63,410 nucleotides of DNA, filler included, from Dicyema japonicum (GCA_011109175.1; 6 parts of 6 records of this genome joined end to end with filler, not necessarily neighbours in it), one strand, 5' to 3'; positions 13,514-26,779 are shown, counted from the whole stretch's first letter. A program made the numbers and translations. Notes: generated by a model from the sequence alone, not told the origin.

Positions 13514-13845
13514 ATGGTTTGTCATGTTGTGTTTTCGACTAAAATTAAAATTTATTTTTAGCTTAATACTGTTTAATTTTAGGGTGACGAAGAGCCAAGA
13601 GTACTTGCGAGTTATAAATGTCTTAGGATCCATTTACAATGCTTAGAGAGAAGTACAGAGATTCTCCAAAATGCGCTGGATATAGGTTAGAGCTAGAAAA
13701 GTGTAATAACAGAGTCTCTCAAAAGCAAAGCACGTCTGAATCATGCCAACAAGAAGTGAACGATTTTCGCGCTTGCATCGATTCTCTGGTAATACCGTTA
13801 TTATTACTTCAGGCTTCTAAAGAGGTCTTCAACTACCTGAAATGA
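13514..13845 (+). CDS. UQCRH: Cytochrome b-c1 complex subunit 6 (hinge protein)
   Basis: Exons 13514-13516 (ATG), 13583-13600, 13627-13788 and 13813-13845 give MGDEEPRDPFTMLREKYRDSPKC...EKCNNRV...ESCQQEVNDFRACIDSLASKEVFNYLK. Confidence 0.9.
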
Positions 13846-15169
13846 CTAAAATTCATGTTCTAACATTCCACTTATTTTAAGAGATTTGGTGTTTTGTTTA
13901 ATAACCCAGGATATACCGGGAGGTGGTTAAAAGTTATCAACGTCTAATTAAGGGCATCCAGTTCCACGGTTGGAGTTAAGCTCTCTGTTCAAGCATCACT
14001 GCCATTATTACTGGCATTGTGGGAACCTCTTCGGCTGAGTAGAGAAGAGGTTGATCCTTCTTGGATGCCGATCAAAGATTAGGCTTCTAATAAGACAGAT
14101 GGATCTTCTGAGCCTCTCAGGAATTGGGGAAGGCATAGCTTAGATCTTCTCTCAGCCTAATCATTCGAGACTTAGGGAGATCTTTTCAAAGGTCAGAAAT
14201 TTTACAGGACACTGATGGAGGAGCATCTACATTCTACAAGAAGACATATACCTTTATTCACCTTAACTTATTTGGGAGTAGTTGACTTATCAGTGAGGAC
14301 GATCTAGGATATTATCAAGGCTTTCATAGCGGAGGACTATTCCCGGGTCGGATCTATCCCTTTCTATACAAGAAGACATATACCTTTATTCACCTTAACT
14401 TATTTGGGAGTAGTTGACTTATCAGTGAGGACGATCAAGGATATTATCAAGGCTTTCATAGCGGAGGACTATTCCCGGGTCGGATCTATCCCTTTCTATC
14501 CAGATAATACGCAGTGGATAGATAATTCAAAGTTTTTACGGGAATTCCGATTATTCGAGAAACTAAGCTAAGGAAGATCTGCCTCCATGACAACATGTAT
14601 GACTATAGATTTAGGATCTTAGAGGTTCTTCATGTCTGTAAAGGAGGGGTAAACGAAAGGGTATGTTCTAATTATGGTCGACCTGACAACTCTAAAAGTT
14701 TGAATTCTAACTTGGAGTTTAGTGATGATCTCTTCTGTGGAATTTCGGATTATAATGGATTGTTGCTAATGCCGGTGGTGGGGCAATTAATATCCGTTGG
14801 CAGAGGTGCCAATCAATTTCGTGCTTAGCTTCATCAATGTGTTCAGAATGAAGGGATCTCAGTATTGAGATCGTATAACATCCATTCAAGTATACCAGTT
14901 TCCACGGTCAAAGTAAAATGTATATTTTCCAAGCACCACATTCTGGCATATCCGTCTTTGTGAGAAGCTTTTCATTTTCATGACAATTTTTGGATTTTTT
15001 AGAAATTTCAAGTTTTTAAGATCTTCCTCATTTTTACGTACATGCAATCAACCAATGCATTTTAATTTAGGCCAAATTAACCTATAAATTTATTAAAACG
15101 ACTTTTTTTAAATTAGTAATCAAAATTTAATGAATTTGCTCAAGTCATCATTGTGCGGGTACATAGCGA

Positions 15170-15360
15170 GCAAGATTTGAAAAAGAAAGTACCGTGGCAT
15201 TAGGGACTGGTTTGCTTTACGCTGTTCTTCGTTGAGACGTCTGGTGTTATTGACCCGAGTACGTCAGAGTTTATGAGGCTAATCGGTGACTACGGGAGTG
15301 AATCTAGAATGACGTGATGACTCTTTTAGAACATTGAGTTCGCGATCATGAGCAGATCTC
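15170..15360 (+). mobile_element. CRE-like RLE 3' fragment, degenerate
   Basis: KRKYRGIRDWFA...VETSGVIDP...EFMRLIG resembles the KxxKY...VETxG motif. Confidence 0.5.
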
Positions 15361-16383
15361 GAACTTAGATTATAGCAAACTGTGTTCCTAGTGAGCCATG
15401 AGTATATACGTTCCGCTGTTCGGATGATCCAGTTTCCCAATTATTTCTTCCCCCATTTCTTTAATGTTAGACTACTCAGATCACCATGTTTTTATTGTTA
15501 CTTAGTAAATTAGGTCAGAGTCCACAAAATCTTTCAACAGATGCTGCTTGGCAGACCTCCTGAAATTCGTTGCGTGTTTAAGTCTATTTTTAAAATATGC
15601 GTGCCTCAACAAACAGATTCAAGCATGCATACTCGACTCATTGTTCCTGTGAAGCATCTTTCATATCTTCTCCTTCAATCGCATTGGTAAATTCTAAAAA
15701 ATTACAATAATTTTAAAAACTATGATTTTCATGGCTTAAATATTCAAAAAAATATTCAGTTCGTCCGACCCTTAACTTGAAAAATGAAATACACTGTCGC
15801 ATAAATCACATGATTGATTTATCGGATTGAAGAGATAAGAACATTAAGTGTGCCAGAGCTACGTCACTGGCTAAACCTTTAGACCATTCAACAACTATCT
15901 TAACTGGTCTTAAGCAGTCAAGGTGTTAAACCAACTATTTACATGATCCCTGTATTTTCCACGACATAGGCAAATAGTCTTTGGTGTTCCAACAAAGCTC
16001 CACTGCTTAATATGTATACCTACTTTTTTTTGGTAAGAAAAATTACCAATTTTGAATAAATTTGGATAATTTTTAAGAATTTTAATTTTACTAGTAAAAT
16101 AAAATATAACTGTTAGAAAGTATTTATGAGCCATAGCGTTAGCGCTCATCATGGCTTCTGAAGAGGGCAATACGTCCGAGTTTCTTAAGGATGACCAAGT
16201 ACTTACTGCTTATCGATTCGGTTGTCTCGACAGCAATATTAATCCTTAAGAATTAACATTGATTTCAGATATTAACAGGCTTTTCATAAGATCCGTGATA
16301 TTGTTAGCTCCGCATAGGCAGGACACACGTTATTTAAGTAAAGAACAGTTAATTTTAACTAATCGTAGAACCAAGGAATGATC

Positions 16384-16532
16384 TTNTTTCTTGTGTGTGG
16401 GTCCTTTTTAGGAGTCACTCGTCAAGCCCTTTTAGCATCGTAGATGCGTGGAACCTTCCACCAGGTGAACAGCAGCGAGAATCGAACCCGTAACCTAAGC
16501 CATTTTGCCAGACATTTAACCACTATGCTTCA
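16384..16532 (-). mobile_element. tRNA-derived SINE copy
   Basis: A box (AGCATAGTGG) and B box (GGTTCGATTC) are followed by a body shared with 23441-23596 and 21090-21215, then an A/G-rich tail. Confidence 0.7.
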
Positions 16533-17819
16533 GATAATTTAAGTAAATTAGTGATGTCATGAGAATTTGGCGGGTATTTTTACATAAAAATTCATAATAC
16601 TATTAATTAGAATTTTCCAGCAGTTACTCAATCAATCGATATTCAAGAAAATAAACTTTATATAAACAGACATTCTATCCGAATTCTTAAACTTGGCCAG
16701 ACTGGATTCGAATTCAAACACTGGTTTACCCACGAGTCTTATTTAAAACTGGGCTTCCAATTTCTCAAGATTCCATTAGGTTGGGTAACGAGATACCATA
16801 TTCACCTTGAATAGATGAGGACATTAAGTTTACGAGAACTACGAAATCGGTTCAAACGTCAGATCAGTCGACCACCATGCTAACCGGTCTTAAACCAACT
16901 AATTACCGGATCACCGCATCTCCCATGCTGTTCCACCAAGACTGAAGCATAAAACTTCGAGTAAACTAATCTTTGTTGCTTTTTAAAAATGAGGATTAAT
17001 ATTGATTTTAGATAATTAGATGAATTAGTGATTTATATTGCTGAGAATTCGGCCATATTTTTACCTAAGAAATTCACATTCGGATTTTACTGCTTCCAAA
17101 CTCCAAATCTCCTCAAAATCGAACACGTGTTCAAAAAGCANNNNNNNNNNNNNNNNNNNNNNNGGTCTTAAACCCACCAATTACCGGATCACCGCATCTC
17201 CCAAGCTGTTCCATTAAGACTGAAGCATAAAACTTCGAGTAAACAAATCTTTGTTGCTTTTTAAAAAATGAGGATTAATATTGATTTTAGATAATTAGAT
17301 GAATTAGTGATTTATATTGCTGAGAATTCGGCCATATTTTTACCTAAGAAATTCACATTCGGATTTTACTGCTTCCAAGCTCCAAATCGCCTCAAAATCG
17401 AACACGTGTTCAAAAAGCAGAAAATTTTAAAATTTATAGAAAAATTTATAACACATGGCCGCAGTTTTCACAACTTTTCTCTTTCAGCAACAAACATGGA
17501 ATGATACCAACGGGGAAGAGAAATACTGCTAGAAGGACTCCTGTCAATGTGTAGCTCGATGAATGAAGGTGGCACTAAATGTAAAAAAACTTGAATACTC
17601 CACATAGGGGACAGCCATTTTGCTCCACGTAATGCCTCGAAAATAAAATACTCCGTTTGGGACTGTTTATTAATGGAGTTTCTGAATCTCTTAAGATAAT
17701 AAGAAAAATTACATCATTCCTTGAATTTAATATAATTTATACAAATTTTGAATTTTAATAAAATAAAAAATATTTTTTTATTTTAAATATTTAATTTTAA
17801 AATTTCAATATTCTTGTTT

Positions 17820-18005
17820 CGGGGACCGGTGCAAATTTACTCTTGTTGCGTTCGAGTTACCGGGAGCCGTTGGTCCAATGACGGCTGAGTTCTTGCGCGA
17901 ATTCGGAAGAATGCTTGCCAGAAAGAAAAGGGATCAACGAGAAGGGTTATGGCTGAGACAAAAAATTGGAATAGCCATACTCCGAGGGACTTGTTCGCGA
18001 TCTAC
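17820..18005 (+). mobile_element. CRE-like RLE 3' fragment
   Basis: GDRCKFTLVAFELPGAVGPMTAEFLREFGRMLARKKRDQREGLWLRQKIGIAILRG. Confidence 0.7.
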
Positions 18006-19224
18006 GTAGCCGACTTCTTCAACTAACATTTGTTTCTTTGTTAAATAATTTTCTTTAATAAAAAAATTTTCAATTTAATTAAAAAAAACTAAAAAAATGT
18101 TGACACACTGCTTAACTAAATCTTATTTCACCTCTTTACTTTGAGAGAAATACTTCAAATGCCCAGTAGTTTCCACGGAAGACTGAGATAAACTTCCAAG
18201 CCTAAGGAAGGTATGGGATTATTGTTTGAGAACTTCGAAAGCTTCCGACGTGAAANCCTCTTTACTTTGAGAGAAATACTTCAAATGCCCAGTAGCCTCC
18301 ACGGAAGACTGAGATAACCTTCCAAGCCTAAGGAAGGTATGGGATTATTGTTTGAGAAGCTTCCGACGTGAAAGGAGTAACGATTTCTCACTAAAACTAT
18401 TTAATTTCATAAAAAAAATTTAAATTTTAAATTTGTCACAAAAGAGCGATGTCCTGTTTGAAATTAATACTAATATCAAAAAAGGGATTGTAATGTAGCA
18501 GTTGTTTTGAGTTTATTTTTTAGATTTTTAATAAAGAGGTCAGTTTGACATACAATAATTGATAGAGGTCAACTTCATCACAAATTCTTCTTCCACTTTT
18601 GTACTAATATCAAAAAGGGGATTGTAATGTAGCAGTTGTTTTGAGTTTATTTTTTAGATTTTTAATAAAGAGGTCAGTTCGACATACAATAATTGATAGA
18701 GGTCAACTTCATCACAAATTCTTCTTCCACTTTTGTAACACAATGCTCATAACAAAGCATGTGCACTGTTTTCACGTCAAGTATTTTGATTTGTTGTTTT
18801 TTTACATTCAGCAATTGGTGTCGCCGATTGAACTAAAGTGAAAAATTCCAAAAACCACTGTAAACCAAACTGTCTAATCACATGATTCCATCTCGTTTGA
18901 GTAGGAACTTCACCAGAGTCTAGTATTCATCCCCCTCACAAACTCTTGCTAACCGAAGAGCCAAATTAACTTCGTGTTGGAGCAGATTCAGGGTTTTTAC
19001 AAATCACGGATTCCACAGGAGTTATGTGTGGTATTTTATTCCAAAGTACACCGTTCATTTACTTTTACACACTTTTTTGGATAACTGCAATCTTCTCGGT
19101 ATTTGCCAGAGAGATTGATCCTCCACGAAGAGCATATCTTAAAACTGCGTAGTTAGTAAAATACCCAGGAATCATTAACTTATTGAAGACAAGCAGCAGT
19201 TAAATAAGACATGGCTTAGTTAAG

Positions 19225-19335
19225 CAACCCTATCCTCACTAACTTGTAGAAGGCCAGCAGCTATTAATAGGACGCAGCAGATGTTGGTCACTCCCATGGA
19301 TCGGTCAGTCCCGGCATTGTAGACGAACGTTGTGT
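19225..19335 (+). repeat. Interspersed repeat, copy 1 (copy 2 at 26780-26880)
   Basis: taacttgt.agaaggccagcagctattaataggacgcagcagatgttggtcactcccatggatcggtcagt aligns with the 26.8 kb copy. Confidence 0.7.
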
Positions 19336-21089
19336 AAGTAGGACGTGAAAAAGAAATACATGGTTTCATGATGAATAATTTAAAATTGAAACATTAAATT
19401 TGATAAAATTAATTAAAATAAAATTATTTAATTTTCAAATTTTTAATAATTTGTTGTGGTTTAAGTTGTTATGCGAGGAATTGAAAAATGCACGGATTAT
19501 CAGTGGAAGCTGAATGGTTATTGTTTTCTCAGATTTCAGTAATAACAAGTTCTGATTTGTGCTCCCAGCAAAATGGGCAGCTTTCGATTCAAGTAAATTA
19601 GTGGTTATGTCTAGCTTGTTCTTAAAACACTGGACACGGACAATCAAGAGAAGACTCATTACATTGGTTGTCGTCAAATATTGAATTTGAGATCTTAGCT
19701 TAGAAAAGTTTTATTCGTTCCACCACGAATTGGAGAAAATGCTCACTTCCATAGAAAACATCTTATAACCTGACTAAAATTACTGAAATTATTTTTAAAG
19801 CAAAATGTTTTTATAATTACAGTTTCAAGTTAATTATCTCCAATCTTAGACCTCTGCCACCTTCTGTGAGCACGTCAGAGGACTTGCTTCGAACACTAAA
19901 CAGGAGACCCTAACATAAATTCTTGAATGAACTGCGGAGACTTGCGAGGAGGAGAGTTGAATAGAGAAAACTGGTAGAACAGATAATGAAGAGCACACCA
20001 CAAGCTAAACACTGACTATTCATACGCTTATAGATAACGTCGGAGTACATTTAGCCAACTGACTTGACTAATTTGTCTATTTTATTCGGAATAGTGAAAA
20101 AGCCTCATAATGCCTTGAAAATCTTTAGAGTTTCTAATATGAGATCATGAAGGCAAATGTCTTCATCTCTTAGACCTAAATTCAATTCATCGTCCCCCTT
20201 CTAAATGGACTCAGGAGACAACGAAAATCCGAGATTTTAATAAAGAAGCATCGTATGTCTTAATGTCTGCAATGACATTGGAGGAACATGGATAGAACCG
20301 TCTGCCTTGAGAAAGATTCGGGAAATTATTGGAAGTTTCAATGATGTAGTTATAAAAACAAAAAACAAACAATCACTAACAAAGATACGACGATGTCTTC
20401 TGAGTCAGTCATTTCGTGTATATGCACGTTCGAATTAGCAATAATTAGAGTTTTCTCCTGTGCTGCATTCGTTTGTTAGCAGTTGTGTTAATCTCATATA
20501 GCATTTTCTATTCTTGCCTTATTCCTCAGTATATCGCGATCTTCAACCGTCTTCAGACTCAGACCCGGTTTTGAGAGCTCCTTATTCAGAACTATCAGTA
20601 ACGTAGTTATAGTCTTTCACGGGAGCCATAGCAATTTAAGACGCATCCATAACATCAATGCCCGACTGTAGAATGTTACCAAGAAATTCCATCTCCCCAC
20701 TGGCAATGTGCAATGTCAAATAGTTTCGAGTTGGTCATCGATAACTCGTGGAGATGAATTTGGCTAAAACATATGAAGTGACACGGAGGGAGATAAAAAG
20801 TAAAAACTCGTCTTCAACTCAACCTTAAGACTAATCAATAAATTACAGGTCCATAAAGTATTTAGAATTATTGGATTCGAGATTTCTCGCATTAACCTAA
20901 TTTTGAGCAGATGACCTATATCTGGTGAAGTACATCGAAGTTCTTCATTGCTTCGAGCAGACTATAAACCCACGTGTCCTTTCTTGATAAAATCTGAGAT
21001 ATTGAAAACCCGAGGTTTAGAAAATCCTGGATGAGAATTATCTAACATTTACGCGAACTAATCGTTGAGAAAAAAAACAAACAATGTTC

Positions 21090-21215
21090 TTATTTTTTCT
21101 TTTTTTTGCATGCTAGTCCTGTCGACGATCCAGATCCGCACTAAGATATTGACTGATAATAGCATCACTCGTCATACAAAGAAGCAGCGTAGATACGTGA
21201 AACCTTCAGTTTGAA
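21090..21215 (-). mobile_element. SINE body, diverged copy
   Basis: gaaggtttcacgtatctacg...tgacgagtga...tgcggatctggatcgtc plus an A-rich tail resembles the 16.4 and 23.4 kb copies. Confidence 0.5.
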
Positions 21216-21379
21216 TCCACAAACAAAGATTTAAAACATGATTTTGCCATGGCCTTCATGACAATTCGCTCTCCCGGTGACACTGCGTTCCCTTATAGGT
21301 TGACTCGTCATTACTTATGAGCGGTTAAAAATAATAAAAATTAAAATCCATTAACCAAAAATTGTTAGATGAGGCCTAA

Positions 21380-21725
21380 TTAAACATAAATTCTTCCGCA
21401 ATGAACACATTTGGTTTCTCGTGTGTAATAAGTGTAAATAAATCCAATAGGACAAAAAAAAATACCAACTACGACACCACATGGTGGATAGAAGTCTTTG
21501 AAATGACAACGCTTAAATTATTATGTTAAATACATGAGTGGCTGGAAAATTTGGATTGTATTGTAGATAAGGGTTTTGATAATGAGGAGGTTGGTTAGTT
21601 GGCTGCCCATAATTTGGATTGTATTGTGGAGAAGGGTTTTGATAATGAGGTTGTTGGTATGTTGGCTGTCCATGATTTGGATTTTTCGGATGAGATGATT
21701 CTTCATAAGAAGGAGGGATATCCAT
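21380..21725 (-). CDS. BRI3-like (brain protein I3 family) membrane protein, copy A
   Basis: Exon 1 is MDIPPSY...PATH (PPxY motif, two 21-aa P/Q/Y/N repeats). After a 22-nt intron, exon 2 is RCHFKDFYPPCGVVVGIFFCPIGFIYTYYTRETKCVHCGRIYV*, matching the BRI3 pattern G..I.F.PIG...CxxCG. Confidence 0.75.
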
Positions 21726-22534
21726 TATTAGGTCAATAAAATTTTATATATGGCCTAATAAAATTAATATTTTTTATTATTTTAATAAAATTATTTTAAT
21801 ATAAAATAATAAAAGTTCATATTTATTAGTTTTTCTACTGTGGTCACCATCCCTGTCTAGAGACGTACGGATGTAACTTGGATGATCTAAAAGATGTTCT
21901 CTGTTCATTGATATCATCAAAATTTTTAATTTTTTTGATATTAGTGATTTTGAAATAATGAGAAGTTTCTGTCGATGTCATTTTTTGTTCATGCAATTTC
22001 AGGCCTGTCTCATACATTGGTCGATTTTTACACTTCATTTGATGTCTTATATCATCCAATGAAGAATCTAAGTGTCGAAGTTTTGTTTTATTTGGGATTT
22101 TATGGCACTATAGAGGTAGTGAGTTTTAACTCAGTCTATTGTCGATTATCTGGATATGAATGAAGGATTGATAGATAATTTATTTTGTAATCTTTTTTGG
22201 AGAATCATGTGGTATTTTCTTGGTAAATTTGTTTTATTTATGTAATAGATGATAGATAACCTTAGAAATGCTACATTGTTTGTTGAATTTGAAGGGATTG
22301 ATTTGATTCAATATTTTTTAAATTTAATTTTCAGATTACTCAGATTACTCTTTGATGATTTACTATAATCGTAATATTTGTTAATAAAATAGTCCACAAA
22401 TTTGTGGCAATGATGATGTCTAAAAATATCCCTAGTATAATCGTCAATGTGTGCTTTTTTCAGATATGATACTCCATCATGAACGTGCTCTGATTGTAAT
22501 ATATTCATGTGATGTATTGTAAGTAAGTTCTACA

Positions 22535-22700
22535 AGTCAAATATGGATGTTTTGGATGTGGATATAATTCCGAGGGCATATATTCAATCTATTGTGTTAA
22601 AGAAAACTCTTGAAAGCATGTTAGTGGAGCACCGACATGGGATGAACTTTCGAGAGAGTAATGTTAGTGAGCTCATTCATTTCCTACCACGAAAGTCTCT
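22535..22700 (+). mobile_element. R4/Dong-like non-LTR C-terminal fragment
   Basis: AYIQSIVLKKTLESMLVEHRHGM is near-identical to TYIQSVILKKTFKSMLIEHKHGM at 38.2 kb. Confidence 0.65.
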
Positions 22701-23440
22701 ACAACAAGTTGAGGATGACGGAATCTGCCCATGGAACACCAATGCTGGAGTGAAGATCGGATTGGTGACGATGACCAAGAAATTGCAGTTAGAGAGCTAA
22801 GGAATGGCTCAAAACGAAAGAGAATAAAAATACTTTTTTTCTCATTTTTTTAAAAGATTATATAATTAATCTGTTAAAATAAATCTAATGAATCCATTAT
22901 CAGTAAATATCTAATTAATGAAATTACAATCAATAGTTTCTCGATTTCGCATTTTCTTGTTTTTATTTTTGCGTTAGAAACTATGATTTTCTTCTCGCAC
23001 CTGAATTCGATTTGTATAGTCATTATAAATATAACTTTATTAACCAATATAATTTAGTAAACAACCTTAATTGAAGACGAGGTTAAAAAATTCATCACGA
23101 TTTCAGAAATCTATAAATATAACATAGATTCATATCTAACACATTTCAAATGATGTTTATAAATTGTCCCTTTGATTAAAATAAAATACTTAACCTACAC
23201 TACTACAGAGTCTCACGATGTACAACGGAAGCAATTTATTGTTCAATGGTGTACTTAGTAATGAGCAAAATCAATTTTTAATGCTAAAATGTTAATACAG
23301 AAAATCATCAATATGCACAAGGTTTAGCAGTTGTCTAGTTATTCTTAATCACGTCAATCAATTGAAAATCAAAATTTAATGAAATCTGGGAAATACTGTT
23401 TGTTTGTTTTTTTAATTAAATATGACTGATTAAATTTCCG

Positions 23441-23596
23441 GGTGGCATAGATTCTCGCAGTTGTTCACCTGGTTTAAGGTTCCACCTATCTACGATGTTA
23501 AAAAGGCTTGACAAATGAACCCGTCATCAGTGGACATTCACTGCGCAACTGGATAGTCTAAAAAAGACCCACACAGAAGAAAAAGAAAAAAAGAAG
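23441..23596 (+). mobile_element. tRNA-derived SINE copy with deleted head
   Basis: GGTGGCATAG fused to attctcgc..gttcacctgg...aggttccac..atctacgatg; (A)nG tail. Confidence 0.65.
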
Positions 23597-24724
23597 TAAA
23601 GATTTGAAAGAAATTAACTCATAGAATTTGTAGGAAATGCCATCAATCGGCTATTCCTCTATTCTAATGTTCCTTTTTTTTTTCTATTAACGATCCAATG
23701 GTATGTAAATGGCGTATATCTTTTAATTTTCCAATTGAATTAAAATGTTTGAAGTTTACTAGATTAATTTTTTTATTTATAAAAAATTTCATAATCGACT
23801 AAAATTTTATAAATTTCAATTTTAGCGTGTGAATAAAAAACCGGTTTGTTTATTGTTTGATCTATTTAGTTTTTGTTTTTAGTGTTTAATAAGCAAATGT
23901 TAAATACAAAAATTAAAGAAAAAATTTTTGCTCTTTCGTAGTTAAAATGAACGATAAAAATATCACAGTACAATTAAATATTCCAAAATCGACAATCAAA
24001 GAATTCTTAAAAAATTCAAAAAATATAGACCCACTAATAAATGCCTAATAAATTCGAAAAAATCTAATAAATGCCGACGACCTGGACAACATGAGAGCCT
24101 TAGGAACAGGGAAGCATGGAAAAGGATGACATCTAACCTTGTTTCTTTTGCTGCACATGCGGGGGCTATAATTAGTATAGCTCTCGTGAAGTGCTTAAAT
24201 AATAATAATAGAACCACTGTAATGCTTCCTGATTACGGACCTCCTAAATAGCGTCATAAACTGATTTTGGAGTTCTTTTACATTTCATTTAGTGCGATCC
24301 GAAAATATCTTCGATCACTTTGCGAAATGAATAAAGTTTAATGCTAAAATTGTTATTATCAAAGAAAAACATAGTAAAAAATTTGAATTGTCTAAAATTT
24401 TTTTTGCGATGCATAATATGAAGTATTTTTTCAAAATTTTCCAACTAAAATATGCAATTCATTTATAGAATAGGAATTTTAATTATGTTTCTTGCGGCAT
24501 AAATTATCTGCAGACCTGCTCTATTTTTAAATCCTAGTCATTTGTTGGACAGCAAAATTTTACAAGCTTCATGAAAAATTGAAAATCTAAAAAAAATTAA
24601 ATTTCTAAAAACATGTTATTTACATCAATGACAACAAAAGCCACTTCTTTTTAATTAAATTAAAATAAAAAAAACAGTCATACATCGCCAGCCCTGACTG
24701 GAAGGCTGTCTCTTTTCTATACCA

Positions 24725-26648
24725 TTTCAGGTTTAAAGTGGGTCTTACCAAAAGCAAAGTGGGTCTTACCAAAAGCAAAGTGGTACTTACCAAAAGCAAA
24801 GTGGTACTTACCAAAAGCAAAGTGGTACTTACCAAAAGCAAAGTGGAACAAAAATTATTTAATAAACCATGTCATCATTATTTAACACCGATGGGGCCAA
24901 CCTCTGAATTCTAGCAATTACGGTGTTGCATAAAGATGGAGTGATTATACATAATGAATTAATCATACTTTCTTCTAACTTTTGAAGTCGAAACTCCGTA
25001 GTTGACAAAGCTTCTTGTCTCACACCATTCAAAATATTTTTCATATCTGTAGCAATGTGTCTTTTTACATCAGCTTTGAAAACTGACCAAATATTCTCAA
25101 TTGGGTTGAGCATAGGGCTATAGGGACCCAATCTTAAAATTTTATTTCCGATGAATTCATTATCTCTGACAATTTCTTCAATTCCTGAATGGCATGGAGC
25201 ATTGTCTACTACTAGCACTACTGGAAAATTGTAAACTTCCCTGGCTTTTCGTAGACAAATTCTCACCCATTCATGGGCGGATTCTTTATTAAAGGATCCA
25301 CGTTTGAATTCATAATGCAACAATCCAAGGGACCCGATGCAACCAATGAAATGTACATTGGCACCTCGCGAACTTGTTGCAACGACATTAGCCCTTGTTC
25401 CTTTTTTTGATCGACCCTTTTTACGGGATATGTGCATGTTTATATTTGTTTCATCCATAAATAATATTGGAATTTCCTCCGATTGATATTCCAATAATGA
25501 AGTTATAAATTTTTTTCTTTTTTCTTTATTTAATTCACTATTGCCTTTCTCTGGTTCATACCTGATATCTTTCAAAGAATAACAGGCACCGTCCAAGTGG
25601 ACTCGAATGGTTTCTTTTGAAACATTTAAGCTGAAATTAGAATTTAAAAGAATTCTCANNNNNNNNNNNNNNNNNNNNNNNNNNNNNNNNNNNNNNNNNN
25701 NNNNNNNNNNNNNNNNNNNNNNNNNNNNNNNNNNNNNNNNNNNNNNNNNNNNNNNNNNNNNNNNNNNNNNNNNNNNNNNNNNNNNNNNNNNNNNNNNNNN
25801 NNNNNNNNNNNNNNNNNNNNNNNNNNNNNNNNNNNNNNNNNNNNNNNNNNNNNNNNNNNNNNNNNNNNNNNNNNNNNNNNNNNNNNNNNNNNNNNNNNNN
25901 NNNNNNNNNNNNNNNNNNNNNNNNNNNNNNNNNNNNNNNNNNNNNNNNNNNNNNNNNNNNNNNNNNNNNNNNNNNNNNNNNNNNNNNNNNNNNNNNNNNN
26001 NNNNNNNNNNNNNNNNNNNNNNNNNNNNNNNNNNNNNNNNNNNNNNNNNNNNNNNNNNNNNNNNNNNNNNNNNNNNNNNNNNNNNNNNNNNNNNNNNNNN
26101 NNNNNNNNNNNNNNNNNNNNNNNNNNNNNNNNNNNNNNNNNNNNNNNNNNNNNNNNNNNNNNNNNNNNNNNNNNNNNNNNNNNNNNNNNNNNNNNNNNNN
26201 NNNNNNNNNNNNNNNNNNNNNNNNNNNNNNNNNNNNNNNNNNNNNNNNNNNNNNNNNNNNNNNNNNNNNNNNNNNNNNNNNNNNNNNNNNNNNNNNNNNN
26301 NNNNNNNNNNNNNNNNNNNNNNNNNNNNNNNNNNNNNNNNNNNNNNNNNNNNNNNNNNNNNNNNNNNNNNNNNNNNNNNNNNNNNNNNNNNNNNNNNNNN
26401 NNNNNNNNNNNNNNNNNNNNNNNNNNNNNNNNNNNNNNNNNNNNNNNNNNNNNNNNNNNNNNNNNNNNNNNNNNNNNNNNNNNNNNNNNNNNNNNNNNNN
26501 NNNNNNNNNNNNNNNNNNNNNNNNNNNNNNNNNNNNNNNNNNNNNNCCCACTTTGCTTTTGGTAAGACCCACTTTGCTTTTGGTAAGACCAACTTTGCTT
26601 TTGGTAAGACCCACTTTGCTTTTGGTAAGACCCACTTTAAACCTGAAA
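24725..26648 (-). mobile_element. Tc1/mariner-IS630-type transposon (DD35E) with TIRs built of 21-bp tandem repeats; N-terminus in the gap
   Basis: Termini TTTCAGGTTTAAAGTGG are inverted, with TA on the right flank and CA on the left. Unit AAAGTGG(GT/TA)CTTACCAAAAGC occurs 5+ times on the left and at least 4 times on the right. Open frame 24859-25658 has FMDETNI, VVDNAPCH and YSPMLNPIE, with 35 residues between the second D and the E. Confidence 0.92.
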
Positions 26649-26779
26649 TATAGATTGCGAGCGAGATTTGCTTAAATAGCCAGCAGCGCTTATGAGGATC
26701 TCCTGTTTCCTTGACGACTCTTCATTTGGCAATTGCCGCAAAAATATGACGTTCTAGTCATCGGTTAGCTAGTGATGTG

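Noticed and set aside
16460-16532. tRNA gene
   Set aside because: A/B boxes are present but no complete cloverleaf, and the sequence continues into a repeated SINE body
23940-24070. Tc1 N-terminal HTH remnant (and C-terminal remnant near 60200)
   Set aside because: Only a short LNIPKSTI-like match with no TIRs identified
24735-24846. 21-bp repeat array resembling CRISPR or telomere
   Set aside because: No spacers; it is the transposon TIR, mirrored at 26548-26640
25607-26653. Long ORF-track entries full of X (also 57165-59096)
   Set aside because: Artefacts of translating through N gaps
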